This document shows, one piece after another, positions 46,952-57,859 of a stretch of 64,000 bases of DNA. The DNA comes from an uncultured Pelagibacteraceae bacterium (GTDB taxonomy: Bacteria; Pseudomonadota; Alphaproteobacteria; Pelagibacterales; Pelagibacteraceae). The translations under genes and the position numbers were made by a program. The stretch covers positions 4,588 to 68,587 of the forward strand of contig CACKUZ010000002.1 in assembly GCA_902603475.1 (NCBI GenBank), read 5' to 3'. Within the stretch, counting starts at the first letter, position 1. Each line of letters begins with the position of its first letter. The notes under the pieces were generated by a model, which saw only the letters and a list, made by a program, of their open reading frames with translations, did not search any database and was not told the origin of the DNA.

Positions 46952-48460
46952 ATGAAACCTTTAAGTTTTATAATTAATTTTAAAATTTTTATTATTATAT
47001 TCCTTTTTTTAATAACTCTTTCAAATTACTCATACTCATCCCAAATTTGTGACAGTACTATATTTGATAATATTAATAAAAATATTGTAGCTAAAGAATA
47101 CAAACCAATTGTTGAATATAATGAAATGAGAAATGATGTTGGAATATTTTATGATTTTGAATGGGATGATAATAAGAAAGAAATTATACTTAAAAGAGAT
47201 AACGAAAATAATCCAGTTATAAGATTTTCATTATTTGAAAGAAATTTTTTAATACCTGGTAAATCTAAAGTTATATCATTTAACAATATAAAACTCTCAG
47301 ATTTGTCAGATAGGCAGATAATTGATTTGCATAGAAAAAATGGAACTAATAAATTGACTTTAAAAAATGGTAATTCAGTAAATATAGTTTCTAAACCTTA
47401 TTATTTAAATGATTTTAAGCTTAGAGAATTTGACCTTAAAAGTATAAATAATATTGATACTACAAAAGGTATTTTAGAAGTCTCTTTTGAGGCAAAATTA
47501 ACAAACAACAGAAATGATATTAATTATTTATTAGACCAAGAATTTAAAGAATTTTATGGAAAAGATCCAATCTGTGCTCAATCCAGAATAGATCTTAACT
47601 GGCCAATAGAGACAGTTGTATTTGATGAATTTAAATATGATGCAGATATTAGAGAAGGACTTAAAAATAAAGAACTTCTAGTAAAATCCGTTTTTGATTT
47701 AATTTACGATAATGGAAACATCAAAAGTGAAAGAACCGAAAGGGGAGTCGCTTCATTTAGACAATATTTTGATTTCAAAAAATTTCCTTTTGATACTCAA
47801 AAATTAATTATTCAACTAAAAACTGATGTTGGTAATTGGGACAACTTTAATAACAAAGATGGTTATGGCTACGGATCAGTTACTTTCATAACACCAGAGA
47901 CAGGTGTATTTTTAAATCTTTTAAAGTTTAAAGATCCAGAAATAAATAAACTTAAAGCATGGTCAATTCCTGAAAACGGAATTCAAGTTAAAAGTAACAT
48001 TTTAATAGATAATAATTATTACGATCCTGATTTAAATAAAATAATACCTAGATATGAAAGTACTCTTAACATCGAATTAACAATTGAGAGAAATTTTCAA
48101 CACTACCTTTTAAAAATAATGTTGCCTGTATTTTTGATACTTTGTGTTGCTTGGTATGTTCTTTGGATTCCTACCGAAAAATACGAAGCTAGATTAAATA
48201 CTTCTATAATTGCTCTACTTGCATTGATTGCTTATAATTTTGTATTCCAGGATGATATTCCTAAACTAGAGTATTTAACTGATTTAGACTGGTTTATTTT
48301 AATTTCCTATATCTTTTGCTGTATTCCAGTTTTTCTCAGTATTGCTTTTAGTAAATTTATTTCCAAAAACCAAAAAAAAGTTACTAAAACTAATAGATCA
48401 ATTAAATTATGGGGAATACTTGTTTATTTCTTAATTAATTGCCAAATATTTATTTTTTAA
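46952..48460 (+). CDS. Pentameric ligand-gated ion channel (Cys-loop receptor homolog) with N-terminal extra domain
   Basis: Signal peptide; Pro-loop FDFKKFPFDTQ; pre-M1 R, M1 with LP, M2 YEARLNTSIIALLALIAYN, M2-M3 loop IPKLEYLT, M3, M4. Confidence 0.88.
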   Translation: MKPLSFIINFKIFIIIFLFLITLSNYSYSSQICDSTIFDNINKNIVAKEYKPIVEYNEMRNDVGIFYDFEWDDNKKEIILKRDNENNPVIRFSLFERNFLIPGKSKVISFNNIKLSDLSDRQIIDLHRKNGTNKLTLKNGNSVNIVSKPYYLNDFKLREFDLKSINNIDTTKGILEVSFEAKLTNNRNDINYLLDQEFKEFYGKDPICAQSRIDLNWPIETVVFDEFKYDADIREGLKNKELLVKSVFDLIYDNGNIKSERTERGVASFRQYFDFKKFPFDTQKLIIQLKTDVGNWDNFNNKDGYGYGSVTFITPETGVFLNLLKFKDPEINKLKAWSIPENGIQVKSNILIDNNYYDPDLNKIIPRYESTLNIELTIERNFQHYLLKIMLPVFLILCVAWYVLWIPTEKYEARLNTSIIALLALIAYNFVFQDDIPKLEYLTDLDWFILISYIFCCIPVFLSIAFSKFISKNQKKVTKTNRSIKLWGILVYFLINCQIFIF

Positions 48461-48464
48461 ATAA

Positions 48465-48803
48465 TTAGTTTTTTTTTTTAAACTCAATACCGTTATCTTC
48501 AAATAGTTTGGCTAGTTCGCCACTTTCGTACATTTCCTTAACTATATCGCAACCACCTATGAACTCGTTCTTTACATATAGCTGAGGAATAGTAGGCCAG
48601 TCACTAAAAACTTTAATACCCTCTCTTAGATTTTGATCTGCTAAAACGTTTACACCTTTGAAGTTAACTTCAAGCATTTTTAAAATGTTTGTAACAGCCA
48701 TAGAAAATCCACATTGAGGAGCATCAGGTGTCCCTTTCATAAACAAACATACTTCGTTACTTTTAATTTCATTGTTAATTAATTCATTAGTTTGATTGTC
48801 CAT
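48465..48803 (-). CDS. grxD: Monothiol glutaredoxin Grx4
   Basis: FMKGTP..PQCGFS, WPTIPQLY, GGCDI. Confidence 0.95.
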   Translation of the reverse strand: MDNQTNELINNEIKSNEVCLFMKGTPDAPQCGFSMAVTNILKMLEVNFKGVNVLADQNLREGIKVFSDWPTIPQLYVKNEFIGGCDIVKEMYESGELAKLFEDNGIEFKKKN

Positions 48804-49034
48804 TTAGTTCTCCTTTGTTTTAACAGCTAATGCGTGCAACTCATTTCCCATTTTGCCTTTAAGTGAATTGTATACCATTTTGTGCTGCTGAATTTTACTT
48901 TTTCCTGCAAATTGCGACGAAATTACTGTCGCTGAATAATGATTACCATCACCTGCAAGATCTTGAATCTCTATTTTCGCATCAGGAAGCGCTTCTTTAA
49001 TTAAGCTTTCTATTTCTTTTAAATCCATTGCCAT
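48804..49034 (-). CDS. bolA: BolA family protein
   Basis: GDGNHY, QHKMVY, LHAL; adjacent to grxD. Confidence 0.92.
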   Translation of the reverse strand: MAMDLKEIESLIKEALPDAKIEIQDLAGDGNHYSATVISSQFAGKSKIQQHKMVYNSLKGKMGNELHALAVKTKEN

Positions 49035-51229
49035 TAGTTAAACATATATTCCTTTATCCAATTTTTATAGCCTTCTTTAATGTCGTCAATTGATAATTTT
49101 AGGTCATTTTCTAATATAATTTTATTGCCTTCTACTAAACCCAACTTGTCAAAATGAATAGATTCCTTTTTAAGCAAATTTTCAACATTTTCTAAATTTT
49201 CTGGTTTAATTTCAACAATATATCTTCCTTGATCTTCACCAAAAAAATACTCAAATTTATTTACTAAGCCCTCTAAAGGAAATAATTTTACCCCTCTACC
49301 GCTCTTAATACCCATTTTAGATATAGCGGTTAAAATCCCTCCTAAAGATACGTCGTGACAAGTCTCAATTAAATTTTTATTTATTAAATTTAAAACACTC
49401 ATTCCATTTTGTTTTTCGTTAAACAAGTTAATTTCTGGTGGAGGACCATTAAATTCAGATAATATATTTCTTGCAAATACCGATTGATCTAAGTGTCCTT
49501 CAGTTTTACCTATTACTAAAAGATAATTACCTTCATTCTTTAATTCCATTGTCATCATTTCTTTGTAATTAGATAATAACCCTATACCTCCAATTGAGGG
49601 TGTGGGTTTAATTCCCTTATCTTTTGTTTCATTATAAAAAGAGACATTTCCTGAAACCACTGGATAATTTAAATATTTAGATGCCTCTGTAATCCCTTCA
49701 ACACATTCAACAAATTCACCCATATTTTTTTCTTTTTCTGGATTTCCAAAATTAAGGCAATTTGTAATTGCTATTGGTTTAGCTCCAACAGAAATCATAT
49801 TCCTCCAACTTTCACAAACCACTTGTTTACCACCTGTTAACGGATGAGCATGACAATAAGTTGCAGACGAGTCTACTGCTGCAGCAACAGCTTTATTTGT
49901 GCCATGAACTCTAACTACACCTGCATTACCGCCTGGTTTTTGTATAGTATCACCCATAACCGTGTGATCATATTGACTCCATATCCATTCTTTATCTGCA
50001 ATGTTTGGGTCAGTTAACATTTTATTTAAACAATCGCTCAGTTTTAAAGATTTAAATTGATCCTTTGAAAAATTATTTTCTTTTGGGAGTTCTGCTTTTA
50101 TCCATTTTCGATCGTATATAGGCGCATTCTCTGCTAAAAAATCAATCGGAATTTCAGCAACTTTTTCATTCTTGAAAAACAATTCAATATTTTTGCTATT
50201 TGTTGTCTTTCCAATCACCGCAAAGTCTAAGTTCCACTTATCAAATATTTTTTTTGCTTCATCTTCTTTTCCAGCCTCTAATACAATTAACATTCTCTCT
50301 TGGCTTTCTGAAAGCATTATTTCATAAGGTGTCATATTTTCTTCTCTACATGGAACTTTTGTTAAATCTATTTCAATACCTAAATCTCCTTTAGATGCCA
50401 TTTCAATGCTTGATGATGTTAAACCTGCAGCACCCATATCCTGAATTGATATTATTGATTTACCAGCCATAAGCTCAAGACAAGCTTCAAGAAGAAGTTT
50501 TTCTGTGAAAGGATCACCAACTTGAACGGTAGGTTTTTTTTCCTCAATTTTGTCGTCAAAAATCGCTGATGCCATACTTGCACCATGTATCCCATCTCTT
50601 CCTGTTTTTGAGCCTACATAAATTACTGGTTTATTAATTCCTGCAGCTTTTGAATAAAATATTTTATTTTTATTAACTAAACCCAATGTCATTGCGTTTA
50701 CTAAAATATTTCCATTATAAGACTCATCAAAGCAAGTTTGACCAGCTATTGTTGGAACACCAATACAGTTACCATATCCACCAATACCTTTAACTACTCC
50801 TCTTAATAAATTTCTTGTTTTTTCATGGTCTGGAGAACCAAAATGAATAGAATTTAAATTAGCAATAGGCCTTGCACCCATTGTGAATACATCTCTCATA
50901 ATTCCACCAACGCCTGTTGCTGCACCTTGATAGGGCTCAATAAATGAAGGATGGTTATGACTTTCTATCTTAAATACAATTGCATCATCATCTTCAATGT
51001 CAACAACGCCAGCATTTTCTCCTGGACCTTGAATAACCTGGTCACCTTTAGTGTGTAATTTTTTTAAATGTTTTCTGGAAGATTTATAAGAACAGTGTTC
51101 ATTCCACATTGCTGAAAAAATACCTAATTCAGTAATGTTTGGAGTTCTCTTTAAAAGATCACAGATTTTTTTATATTCATCTTTCTTCAATCCATGATCG
51201 ATTGCTATTTGTTCATTAACTTCATTCAT
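49034..51229 (-). CDS. purL: Phosphoribosylformylglycinamidine synthase subunit PurL
   Basis: [25 protein letters not shown]. Confidence 0.96.
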   Translation of the reverse strand: MNEVNEQIAIDHGLKKDEYKKICDLLKRTPNITELGIFSAMWNEHCSYKSSRKHLKKLHTKGDQVIQGPGENAGVVDIEDDDAIVFKIESHNHPSFIEPYQGAATGVGGIMRDVFTMGARPIANLNSIHFGSPDHEKTRNLLRGVVKGIGGYGNCIGVPTIAGQTCFDESYNGNILVNAMTLGLVNKNKIFYSKAAGINKPVIYVGSKTGRDGIHGASMASAIFDDKIEEKKPTVQVGDPFTEKLLLEACLELMAGKSIISIQDMGAAGLTSSSIEMASKGDLGIEIDLTKVPCREENMTPYEIMLSESQERMLIVLEAGKEDEAKKIFDKWNLDFAVIGKTTNSKNIELFFKNEKVAEIPIDFLAENAPIYDRKWIKAELPKENNFSKDQFKSLKLSDCLNKMLTDPNIADKEWIWSQYDHTVMGDTIQKPGGNAGVVRVHGTNKAVAAAVDSSATYCHAHPLTGGKQVVCESWRNMISVGAKPIAITNCLNFGNPEKEKNMGEFVECVEGITEASKYLNYPVVSGNVSFYNETKDKGIKPTPSIGGIGLLSNYKEMMTMELKNEGNYLLVIGKTEGHLDQSVFARNILSEFNGPPPEINLFNEKQNGMSVLNLINKNLIETCHDVSLGGILTAISKMGIKSGRGVKLFPLEGLVNKFEYFFGEDQGRYIVEIKPENLENVENLLKKESIHFDKLGLVEGNKIILENDLKLSIDDIKEGYKNWIKEYMFN

Positions 51230-51909
51230 TACATGCTACCTATTAAATTTTCAAAAAAAAGTGACCCGTCTTCACCCGAAAGAAAAGGATCAATCATTCT
51301 TTCTGGATGAGGCATCATTCCTAAAATATTTTTATTTTTGTTGAATATTCCCGCTATATTTTTAATAGCCCCATTAGGATTATTATTTTCGTCATCATTT
51401 CCTTTATCATCACAATAAGTAACGGCTATTTGACCATTATCTTCTATTGATTTTAATTCATCATTTGAGCAAAAGTAATTTCCTTCGTTATGAGCAATAT
51501 GAAGCTCTAAAACTTCTTTTTTAATATTTTTAAAGTATTTATTTTCTTTATTTTTAATCTTCACAAAAACATTTTTACAAATAAAATTTAAGTATTTATT
51601 TTGCTGAAGTATTCCAGGCAATAAACCTGTTTCAGTTAGTATTTGAAAACCATTGCAAATTCCAAGTACCAATCCTCCAGAATTTGCAAAATTAATTACA
51701 GATTTAATAATTCTTGATTTACCAGCAATGCTTCCACATCTAAGATAATCACCATAGGAGAAGCCTCCTGGCAAAACAATTAAATCACTTTTTGGAATTT
51801 CAACATCATTGTGCCAAACCATTTGATTTTCAAAACCAAATTTCTTAAGGGCCACATCCATATCTCTATCACAATTTGAACCAGGGAATATTATTACAGA
51901 TGATTTCAT
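51229..51909 (-). CDS. purQ: FGAM synthase glutaminase subunit
   Basis: [32 protein letters not shown]. Confidence 0.96.
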   Translation of the reverse strand: MKSSVIIFPGSNCDRDMDVALKKFGFENQMVWHNDVEIPKSDLIVLPGGFSYGDYLRCGSIAGKSRIIKSVINFANSGGLVLGICNGFQILTETGLLPGILQQNKYLNFICKNVFVKIKNKENKYFKNIKKEVLELHIAHNEGNYFCSNDELKSIEDNGQIAVTYCDDKGNDDENNNPNGAIKNIAGIFNKNKNILGMMPHPERMIDPFLSGEDGSLFFENLIGSM

Positions 51910-51916
51910 TCAGTAG

Positions 51917-52150
51917 TTACAAGATTTTATAATCCTCAATAACTAGGTTTGCTAAAAGCTTTTTACACATTTTTTCTACTTGTGATTTAGCTTTATTTTC
52001 ATCACTCTCATTTACCTCAATATCAAAATATTTACCTTGTCTTACTTCTGAAACATTATCAAAGGTCATACCATTTAGAGTTTGTTGTATAGCCTTACCT
52101 TGAGGATCAAGCACTCCATTTTTTAAAGTGACTATTACTTTTACTTTCAT
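51917..52150 (-). CDS. purS: FGAM synthase subunit PurS
   Basis: VLDPQG, VRQGK, LLANLVIE. Confidence 0.94.
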   Translation of the reverse strand: MKVKVIVTLKNGVLDPQGKAIQQTLNGMTFDNVSEVRQGKYFDIEVNESDENKAKSQVEKMCKKLLANLVIEDYKIL

Positions 52151-52932
52151 TTTTTCTTAATTTTTACTGCTTTAGGTTTAGGATAATTTAATGGTCTAAT
52201 ATTTGATTGTTCGTGTAATATATTTAGCCTAATTGCCACTTCCTGGTATGCTTCAACTAAGTTTCCAAGATTATTTCTAAATCTGTCTTTATCTAGTTTT
52301 TTATCTGTTCTCATGTCCCAAAGTCTGCACGTATCAGGACTAATTTCATCAGCTAACATAATTTCTCTTTTGCCATCAGCTTCAAATCTTCCAAATTCAA
52401 CTTTAAAATCTACTAATTTAATTCCAACACCTCTAAACATGCCTTGCAGAAAGTCATTTATTCTTCTTACTTCTTCATAAATAAAATCCAATTCGAAAAC
52501 ATCCATCCATTTAAATGCTAAAATATGTTCTCTACTTACAAGAGGATCTCCAAGATCATCATTTTTTAAGCAATATTCAACTAGTGGATAATCAAGCACT
52601 GTCCCATCCTCTATTCCCAATCTTTTTGTCAAAGAACCTGTTGCAATATTTCTAATAACAAATTCAATTGGAATAATTTCCACTAACTTAACAAGTTGTT
52701 CTCTCATATTAAGTCTTTTTACTAAATGGTTTTTTATTCCAACATTGCTTAATTGAGTAAGAATATGTTCTGAAATTCTATTATTTAAGATTCCTTTACC
52801 TTCAATGACATCTTTTTTTTGATTATTAAAAGCGGTTGCGTCATCTTTGAAATGTTGAATTACTAAATTTTTATCATTGCTAGCATAGATTATTTTAGCC
52901 TTACCTTCGTATAACTTTTTACCTTTTTTCAT
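52147..52932 (-). CDS. purC: SAICAR synthase
   Basis: LYEGKAK, FKDDATAF, DEISPDTCRLWD, LDKDRFR. Confidence 0.96.
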   Translation of the reverse strand: MKKGKKLYEGKAKIIYASNDKNLVIQHFKDDATAFNNQKKDVIEGKGILNNRISEHILTQLSNVGIKNHLVKRLNMREQLVKLVEIIPIEFVIRNIATGSLTKRLGIEDGTVLDYPLVEYCLKNDDLGDPLVSREHILAFKWMDVFELDFIYEEVRRINDFLQGMFRGVGIKLVDFKVEFGRFEADGKREIMLADEISPDTCRLWDMRTDKKLDKDRFRNNLGNLVEAYQEVAIRLNILHEQSNIRPLNYPKPKAVKIKKK

Positions 52933-54224
52933 TAATTAAAGACCCTATTAAAAATTAAATTAACATTCTTAAAGTGTGAAGAATAATCAAATATTTTTTT
53001 CATTTTCTTGCTTGATATTCTAGATGTAATGTTTTTGTCACTCATCACAACATCAAAAAGATTAAGATTATCTGCTATGCATTTTTTGGCATGTGCTTGA
53101 ACTAATCTATAAGAGTTTTCTCTAGTCAAACCTGATTTTGTCAGTTCTAACATCAACTCTTGGGAGAAAATGGTACCTTTAGTAATATTAAGGTTATTAA
53201 GCATTTTTTTTGGATAGACGATCATCTTATCTAATAAGTTTGCTAACCTTATTAATGCAAAATCTAGAGTTATATTAGCATCTGGACCAATATTTCTTTC
53301 AACACTTGAATGTGAAATATCTCTTTCATGCCAAAGTGCAATATTTTCTAGTGCTGGAATAGTATAACTTCTAACCATTCTTGCTAATCCTGTTAAGTTT
53401 TCACTTAGTATTGGATTTTTTTTATGAGGCATTGCACTTGAACCTTTTTGTTTTTTTGAAAAAAATTCCTGCAATTCATAAACTTCAGTTCTTTGTAAGT
53501 GTCTAATTTCTGTTGAAACTCTTTCTATTGATCCAGCTATAATACCTAAAACTGAAAAATAATGTGCATGTCTATCTCTAGGAATAACTTGAGTAGATAT
53601 AGGTTCAACTTTTAAGCCTAGTTTTTTAGCAACGTGTTTTTCTACATTAGGATTAATATTTGCAAAAGTACCAACAGCACCAGATATTGCACACGTTGAT
53701 ATTTCATCTATTGCACTGATTAATCTTTTTCTATTTCTTTTAAATTCCTCATAATATGAAGCTAATTTAAGTCCAAATGTAATCGGTTCAGCATGAATAC
53801 CATGACTTCTACCCATACATGGGGTAAATTTATATTTTTTAGCTTTTGATTTTAAAACTTTTAATATTTGGTCAATATCCTTAACTAAAATCTGACCAGA
53901 TTGAACTAATTGAATATTAAAACTTGTATCTACCACATCTGATGATGTCATTCCTTGATGCAAATATCTTGCTTTAATCCCTACCTTTTCAGTAACCGAT
54001 GTTAGGAATGCAATAACGTCATGTTTAACTTTAGCTTCAATATTGTGAATTCTTTTAACATTAATTTTAGCCTTTTTTCTAACAGCACTTGCTACACCTT
54101 TTGGAATAGTTCCTAATTTTTCCATTCCTTCAGCTGCAGCAATCTCTACATCTAACCAGATTTGATATTTATTATGTTCTGACCAAATTTCCGTGAGTTC
54201 TTTTCTAGAGTATCGTGTTATCAT
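52932..54224 (-). CDS. purB: Adenylosuccinate lyase
   Basis: HDVIAF, GRSHGIHAEP, GSSAMPHKKNP. Confidence 0.96.
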   Translation of the reverse strand: MITRYSRKELTEIWSEHNKYQIWLDVEIAAAEGMEKLGTIPKGVASAVRKKAKINVKRIHNIEAKVKHDVIAFLTSVTEKVGIKARYLHQGMTSSDVVDTSFNIQLVQSGQILVKDIDQILKVLKSKAKKYKFTPCMGRSHGIHAEPITFGLKLASYYEEFKRNRKRLISAIDEISTCAISGAVGTFANINPNVEKHVAKKLGLKVEPISTQVIPRDRHAHYFSVLGIIAGSIERVSTEIRHLQRTEVYELQEFFSKKQKGSSAMPHKKNPILSENLTGLARMVRSYTIPALENIALWHERDISHSSVERNIGPDANITLDFALIRLANLLDKMIVYPKKMLNNLNITKGTIFSQELMLELTKSGLTRENSYRLVQAHAKKCIADNLNLFDVVMSDKNITSRISSKKMKKIFDYSSHFKNVNLIFNRVFN

Positions 54225-54994
54225 TAATTATATGGAGGCCTCTTATAACCTTTAACAGATTCTGTGAAAATTTCATAAGAGTCTTCTGTAATTCCTATTG
54301 TATGCTCAAATTGTGCAGATAAAGACTTATCCTTTGTAACAGCTGTCCACCCATCATTAAGTACTTTTACGTCTAACTTTCCAACATTTATCATAGGTTC
54401 TATTGTAAAGGTCATACCAGGTGTTAGTTCGTGACCTGTATTTTTCTTACCATAATGAAGAATATTAGGTTGCTCATGAAAAGTATTGCTAATACCGTGA
54501 CCACAAAAATCTCTAACAACTGAAAAACCTCTTTCTTCAACAAAGGATTGAATTTCAAATCCAATATCTCCCAATTTTACTCCTGGTTTAAGAATTTTAA
54601 TTCCTCTCATCATAGACTCGTAAGTTGTTTCTATTAAATTTTTAGCTTTTACTGGTATTTCCCCAATGGTAAACATTCTGCTTGTGTCACCATAGTACTC
54701 ATTAACTATTGCTGTTACATCTATATTAACAGCATCTCCCTCATTCAAAACTCTATCAGAAGGAATGCCATGGCAAACAACATGGTTTAAAGATGTGCAT
54801 AAAGATTTTTTAAAACCCCTGTAGTATAGTGGGGCAGAGTGTCCACCATTGTCTCTTATAAACTCATAACCCAATTGATCAATTTTATCTGTTGTAACAC
54901 CTTCCTTAACTTCTTCTGTGAGCATGTCTAAAGTTCTAGATGCAAGTTTCCCAGCAATTCTCATTTTTTCAAATTTTTCTGAATAACTACTCAT
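54224..54994 (-). CDS. map: Type I methionine aminopeptidase
   Basis: VCHGIP, NIDVT, GDTSR, GHGI..FH, FTIEPM, AQFEHT. Confidence 0.96.
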   Translation of the reverse strand: MSSYSEKFEKMRIAGKLASRTLDMLTEEVKEGVTTDKIDQLGYEFIRDNGGHSAPLYYRGFKKSLCTSLNHVVCHGIPSDRVLNEGDAVNIDVTAIVNEYYGDTSRMFTIGEIPVKAKNLIETTYESMMRGIKILKPGVKLGDIGFEIQSFVEERGFSVVRDFCGHGISNTFHEQPNILHYGKKNTGHELTPGMTFTIEPMINVGKLDVKVLNDGWTAVTKDKSLSAQFEHTIGITEDSYEIFTESVKGYKRPPYN

Positions 54995-55673
54995 CTATAA
55001 TTTTTATTTTTTTTTCAATTTTAATTTCTTTAGAATTTAAACTGCATCTGTAAGCAAGAAAGCTTACACCAGATTTTTTAGCATCTAAATATTCTTCATA
55101 ATAAGTAGAGTCTATATCTTTTGCTATTCTAAAATTATTTATACCCTGAATTTGAGTTAAAAATAAGACATAAGGCTTATATCCTTTTTTAATTGATTCC
55201 TTTAACTTTTTGAGGTGTTTAGCACCCCTTGATGTAACGGCATCTGGAAATTCTGCAATATCATCTACTCTCATTAACGTGGTATTCTTTACCTCTAATA
55301 TTTTCTTATCACACAAAAAGTCAAATCTGGTATCATCAGAATACTTAAATTCAGCTCGTATATTTTTAATTGCACTAAATTCTTTTATTAATTTATTTTC
55401 TAATGCATGTTCGACAATTCTATTTGCTCTATGAGTATTTACTCCAATTATTCTTTTTTTTACTTTTATCATCTCTAGAGTGAATTTTAATTTGCGCTTT
55501 GGATCATTGTGCTCGCTTATCCAAGCTTCATTTCCTTGATCTAATAAACCCATCATAGAGCCCGTATTTGGACAATGCGCTACAACAGTTTTATTATTTA
55601 CTTCTATATCTGTGAAAAATCTCTTATATCTGCGTTGTAATTTGCCTTTTAATAAAGTGTTGGTAAATTTCAT
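54987..55673 (-). CDS. sfsA: SfsA nuclease-fold protein
   Basis: RYKRF, HCPNTGSM, DF...EVK, FPDAVT.RG.KH. Confidence 0.93.
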   Translation of the reverse strand: MKFTNTLLKGKLQRRYKRFFTDIEVNNKTVVAHCPNTGSMMGLLDQGNEAWISEHNDPKRKLKFTLEMIKVKKRIIGVNTHRANRIVEHALENKLIKEFSAIKNIRAEFKYSDDTRFDFLCDKKILEVKNTTLMRVDDIAEFPDAVTSRGAKHLKKLKESIKKGYKPYVLFLTQIQGINNFRIAKDIDSTYYEEYLDAKKSGVSFLAYRCSLNSKEIKIEKKIKIIDE

Positions 55674-55695
55674 AGAATTTTATTTATATTTAGAA

Positions 55696-56448
55696 ATGAT
55701 TAATAAAAAAGAAATATCTGCAGCAATTATTATTATAGGTAATGAGGTACTATCAGGTAGAACAAAAGATTTGAATACAAGTACATTAGCTACTTGGCTT
55801 AATTCTCTAGGAATTTCTGTTGGAGAGGTAAGAGTAATTCCTGATGTAGAAAAAACCATAATCGATACAGTTCGTGAGTTAAGAGTAAAATACAACTATG
55901 TGTTTACTACAGGTGGTATTGGACCAACACATGATGACATAACTGCAGAATCAATATCAAAAGCCTTCAATATTGAATATGGATTTCACAAAGAGGCTTT
56001 TGCTATTTTAGAAAAATACTATGAGCCAGGTAACTTTAATGATGGAAGACAGAAAATGGCAAAGATGCCAGTTACAGCTAATTTAATTTTAAACCCAACC
56101 AGCGGTGCTCCAGGATTTTATGTAGAAAATGTTTTTTCTCTTCCAGGCGTTCCATCGATATTAAAAGCAATGATTGGGGGACTTGGTAATGTATTAGTAG
56201 GCGGTGATCCAATTCTTAGTAAAACAATAAATTTAATGACCTATGAAAGTGAAATCGCAAGCTCGTTAACTAACGTCCAAGATAATAATAAAGATGTAGA
56301 AATTGGTAGTTATCCTTTCTTTAGACAAGGTAAATTAGGTGTATCAATTGTATTAAGATCAAAAGATCAAGATAAAATAAACTTATGTAATTCACTAATA
56401 CTTGACTTTGTAAAAGCAAAAAATATTAAAATTGTTGAACTAGAGTAA
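55696..56448 (+). CDS. CinA-like molybdopterin-binding domain protein
   Basis: IGNEVLSGRT.D.N, GGIGPTHDDIT, LPGVP; ATG at 55696 avoids overlap with sfsA. Confidence 0.88.
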   Translation: MINKKEISAAIIIIGNEVLSGRTKDLNTSTLATWLNSLGISVGEVRVIPDVEKTIIDTVRELRVKYNYVFTTGGIGPTHDDITAESISKAFNIEYGFHKEAFAILEKYYEPGNFNDGRQKMAKMPVTANLILNPTSGAPGFYVENVFSLPGVPSILKAMIGGLGNVLVGGDPILSKTINLMTYESEIASSLTNVQDNNKDVEIGSYPFFRQGKLGVSIVLRSKDQDKINLCNSLILDFVKAKNIKIVELE

Positions 56449-56855
56449 TGCTATATTTTGCTTACGGAAGTAATCTAAATCTTTTTCAAATGAAGCGGAG
56501 ATGCAAAGACTCTGTTTTCATAAAAAAATATGAACTTAAAGGCTACAGATTAAACTTTAGAAGCAAATATAGAGCTGCTGATATTGAAAAAAGCAAAAAT
56601 TCTTTAGTTCCTGGTGCTTTATTTGAAATATCAAAAAGTGACGAAAAAAAACTTGATGTCTATGAAGATTATCCAATTCTTTATAAAAAACTTTATTTTA
56701 CTTATTACAATAAAACAGTGATGACTTATATAATGGTTAATAAAACAGAATTTAGATATCCAACTGAAAGATATTTAAATGTTGTTAAACGAGGTTATAA
56801 AGACTGTAAGTTAGATACTAAATACTTAAAAGTTGCTCTTCAACCAGTTAAGTAA
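56448..56855 (+). CDS. Gamma-glutamylcyclotransferase family protein
   Basis: YFAYGSNL, LD.YE. Confidence 0.88.
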   Translation: MLYFAYGSNLNLFQMKRRCKDSVFIKKYELKGYRLNFRSKYRAADIEKSKNSLVPGALFEISKSDEKKLDVYEDYPILYKKLYFTYYNKTVMTYIMVNKTEFRYPTERYLNVVKRGYKDCKLDTKYLKVALQPVK

Positions 56856-57542
56856 ATGCTCTCTAAAAAACAAATATTTACTAAAGGAATATTAGCTGTT
56901 GCACCACATATGTTTTCAGTAATTCCTTTTGGAATTGTATGTGGAGCAATTGGTATTGAACTCGGTTTTAGTCCTATTTTAGTTTATGCTATGTCCATCA
57001 TTATATTTGGTGGAGCCTCTCAAATTGTCTTTTTGCAACTTCTTTCTGGAGGAGCTTCCGCATTAATTGCAGTAACTTCAGTTGGGGTAATTAATTCAAG
57101 ACACTTATTATACGGGGCTGTTTTATCTGAATACTTGGAAAAGTTATCATTTATTAAGAAGCTACTAATATCTTATTTAGTCGTAGACCAAGGTTTTGCA
57201 GAATCTAATAAGTTTTTTCAAAAAAATAAAAATGAAACGCATCTCCATTATCATTTATTAGGAAGTGGTGGAACTCTATGGGTTTGTTGGCAGATATCTA
57301 CACTTGCTGGAATAATTCTTGGTTCTTTTGTACCTGAGGAATTAGGACTAAAATTTGCAGTTCCTTTAACTTTTATTGCAATTGTTGTTCAAGATATTAA
57401 AAAATTAGATCATGTAATAGTCATGATTACCTGTGGGTTAAGTTCTTTATTATTTTTTGATGCTCCTTTTAAATCTTACATAATCATTTCACCTATAATT
57501 GCATTATTTGTTGCTGCATTAGTTTTAAGGTTAAAGAAATGA
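56856..57542 (+). CDS. azlC: AzlC family branched-chain amino acid exporter
   Basis: FGGASQ, N.RHLLY; paired with AzlD. Confidence 0.88.
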   Translation: MLSKKQIFTKGILAVAPHMFSVIPFGIVCGAIGIELGFSPILVYAMSIIIFGGASQIVFLQLLSGGASALIAVTSVGVINSRHLLYGAVLSEYLEKLSFIKKLLISYLVVDQGFAESNKFFQKNKNETHLHYHLLGSGGTLWVCWQISTLAGIILGSFVPEELGLKFAVPLTFIAIVVQDIKKLDHVIVMITCGLSSLLFFDAPFKSYIIISPIIALFVAALVLRLKK

Positions 57543-57850
57543 CTTGGTTGACAATTATAATTGCAGGCATAATTACTTACTTTATGAGAATGACTATGGT
57601 TGCTTTGGTAGATAGGAATTTATTAGGAGAAAGAGTTAAAGCTGTATTAGCATATGTTCCATCAGCAGTGTTTCCAGCAATAATATTTCCAGGAATATTT
57701 ATTAATGATTACGGAACTTTTATAGAAATGAATGATCCTAAAATCTTTGGAGCAATAGTTGCTATATTAGTTGGTTATTTTTCAAGAAATGTAATAGCCA
57801 CAATAATATCTGGATTATTTTCGTATTGGATTATTATATTTTTATTATAA
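57539..57850 (+). CDS. azlD: AzlD domain protein
   Basis: TYFMR, L.YVPSAV..A; ATGA overlap with azlC. Confidence 0.85.
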   Translation: MTWLTIIIAGIITYFMRMTMVALVDRNLLGERVKAVLAYVPSAVFPAIIFPGIFINDYGTFIEMNDPKIFGAIVAILVGYFSRNVIATIISGLFSYWIIIFLL

Positions 57851-57859
57851 AATTTATTT

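Noticed and set aside
33996-48460. Island as a prophage or ICE
   Set aside because: No integrase, terminase, capsid, tail or conjugation genes, no flanking tRNA, and no att-like direct repeats were seen.
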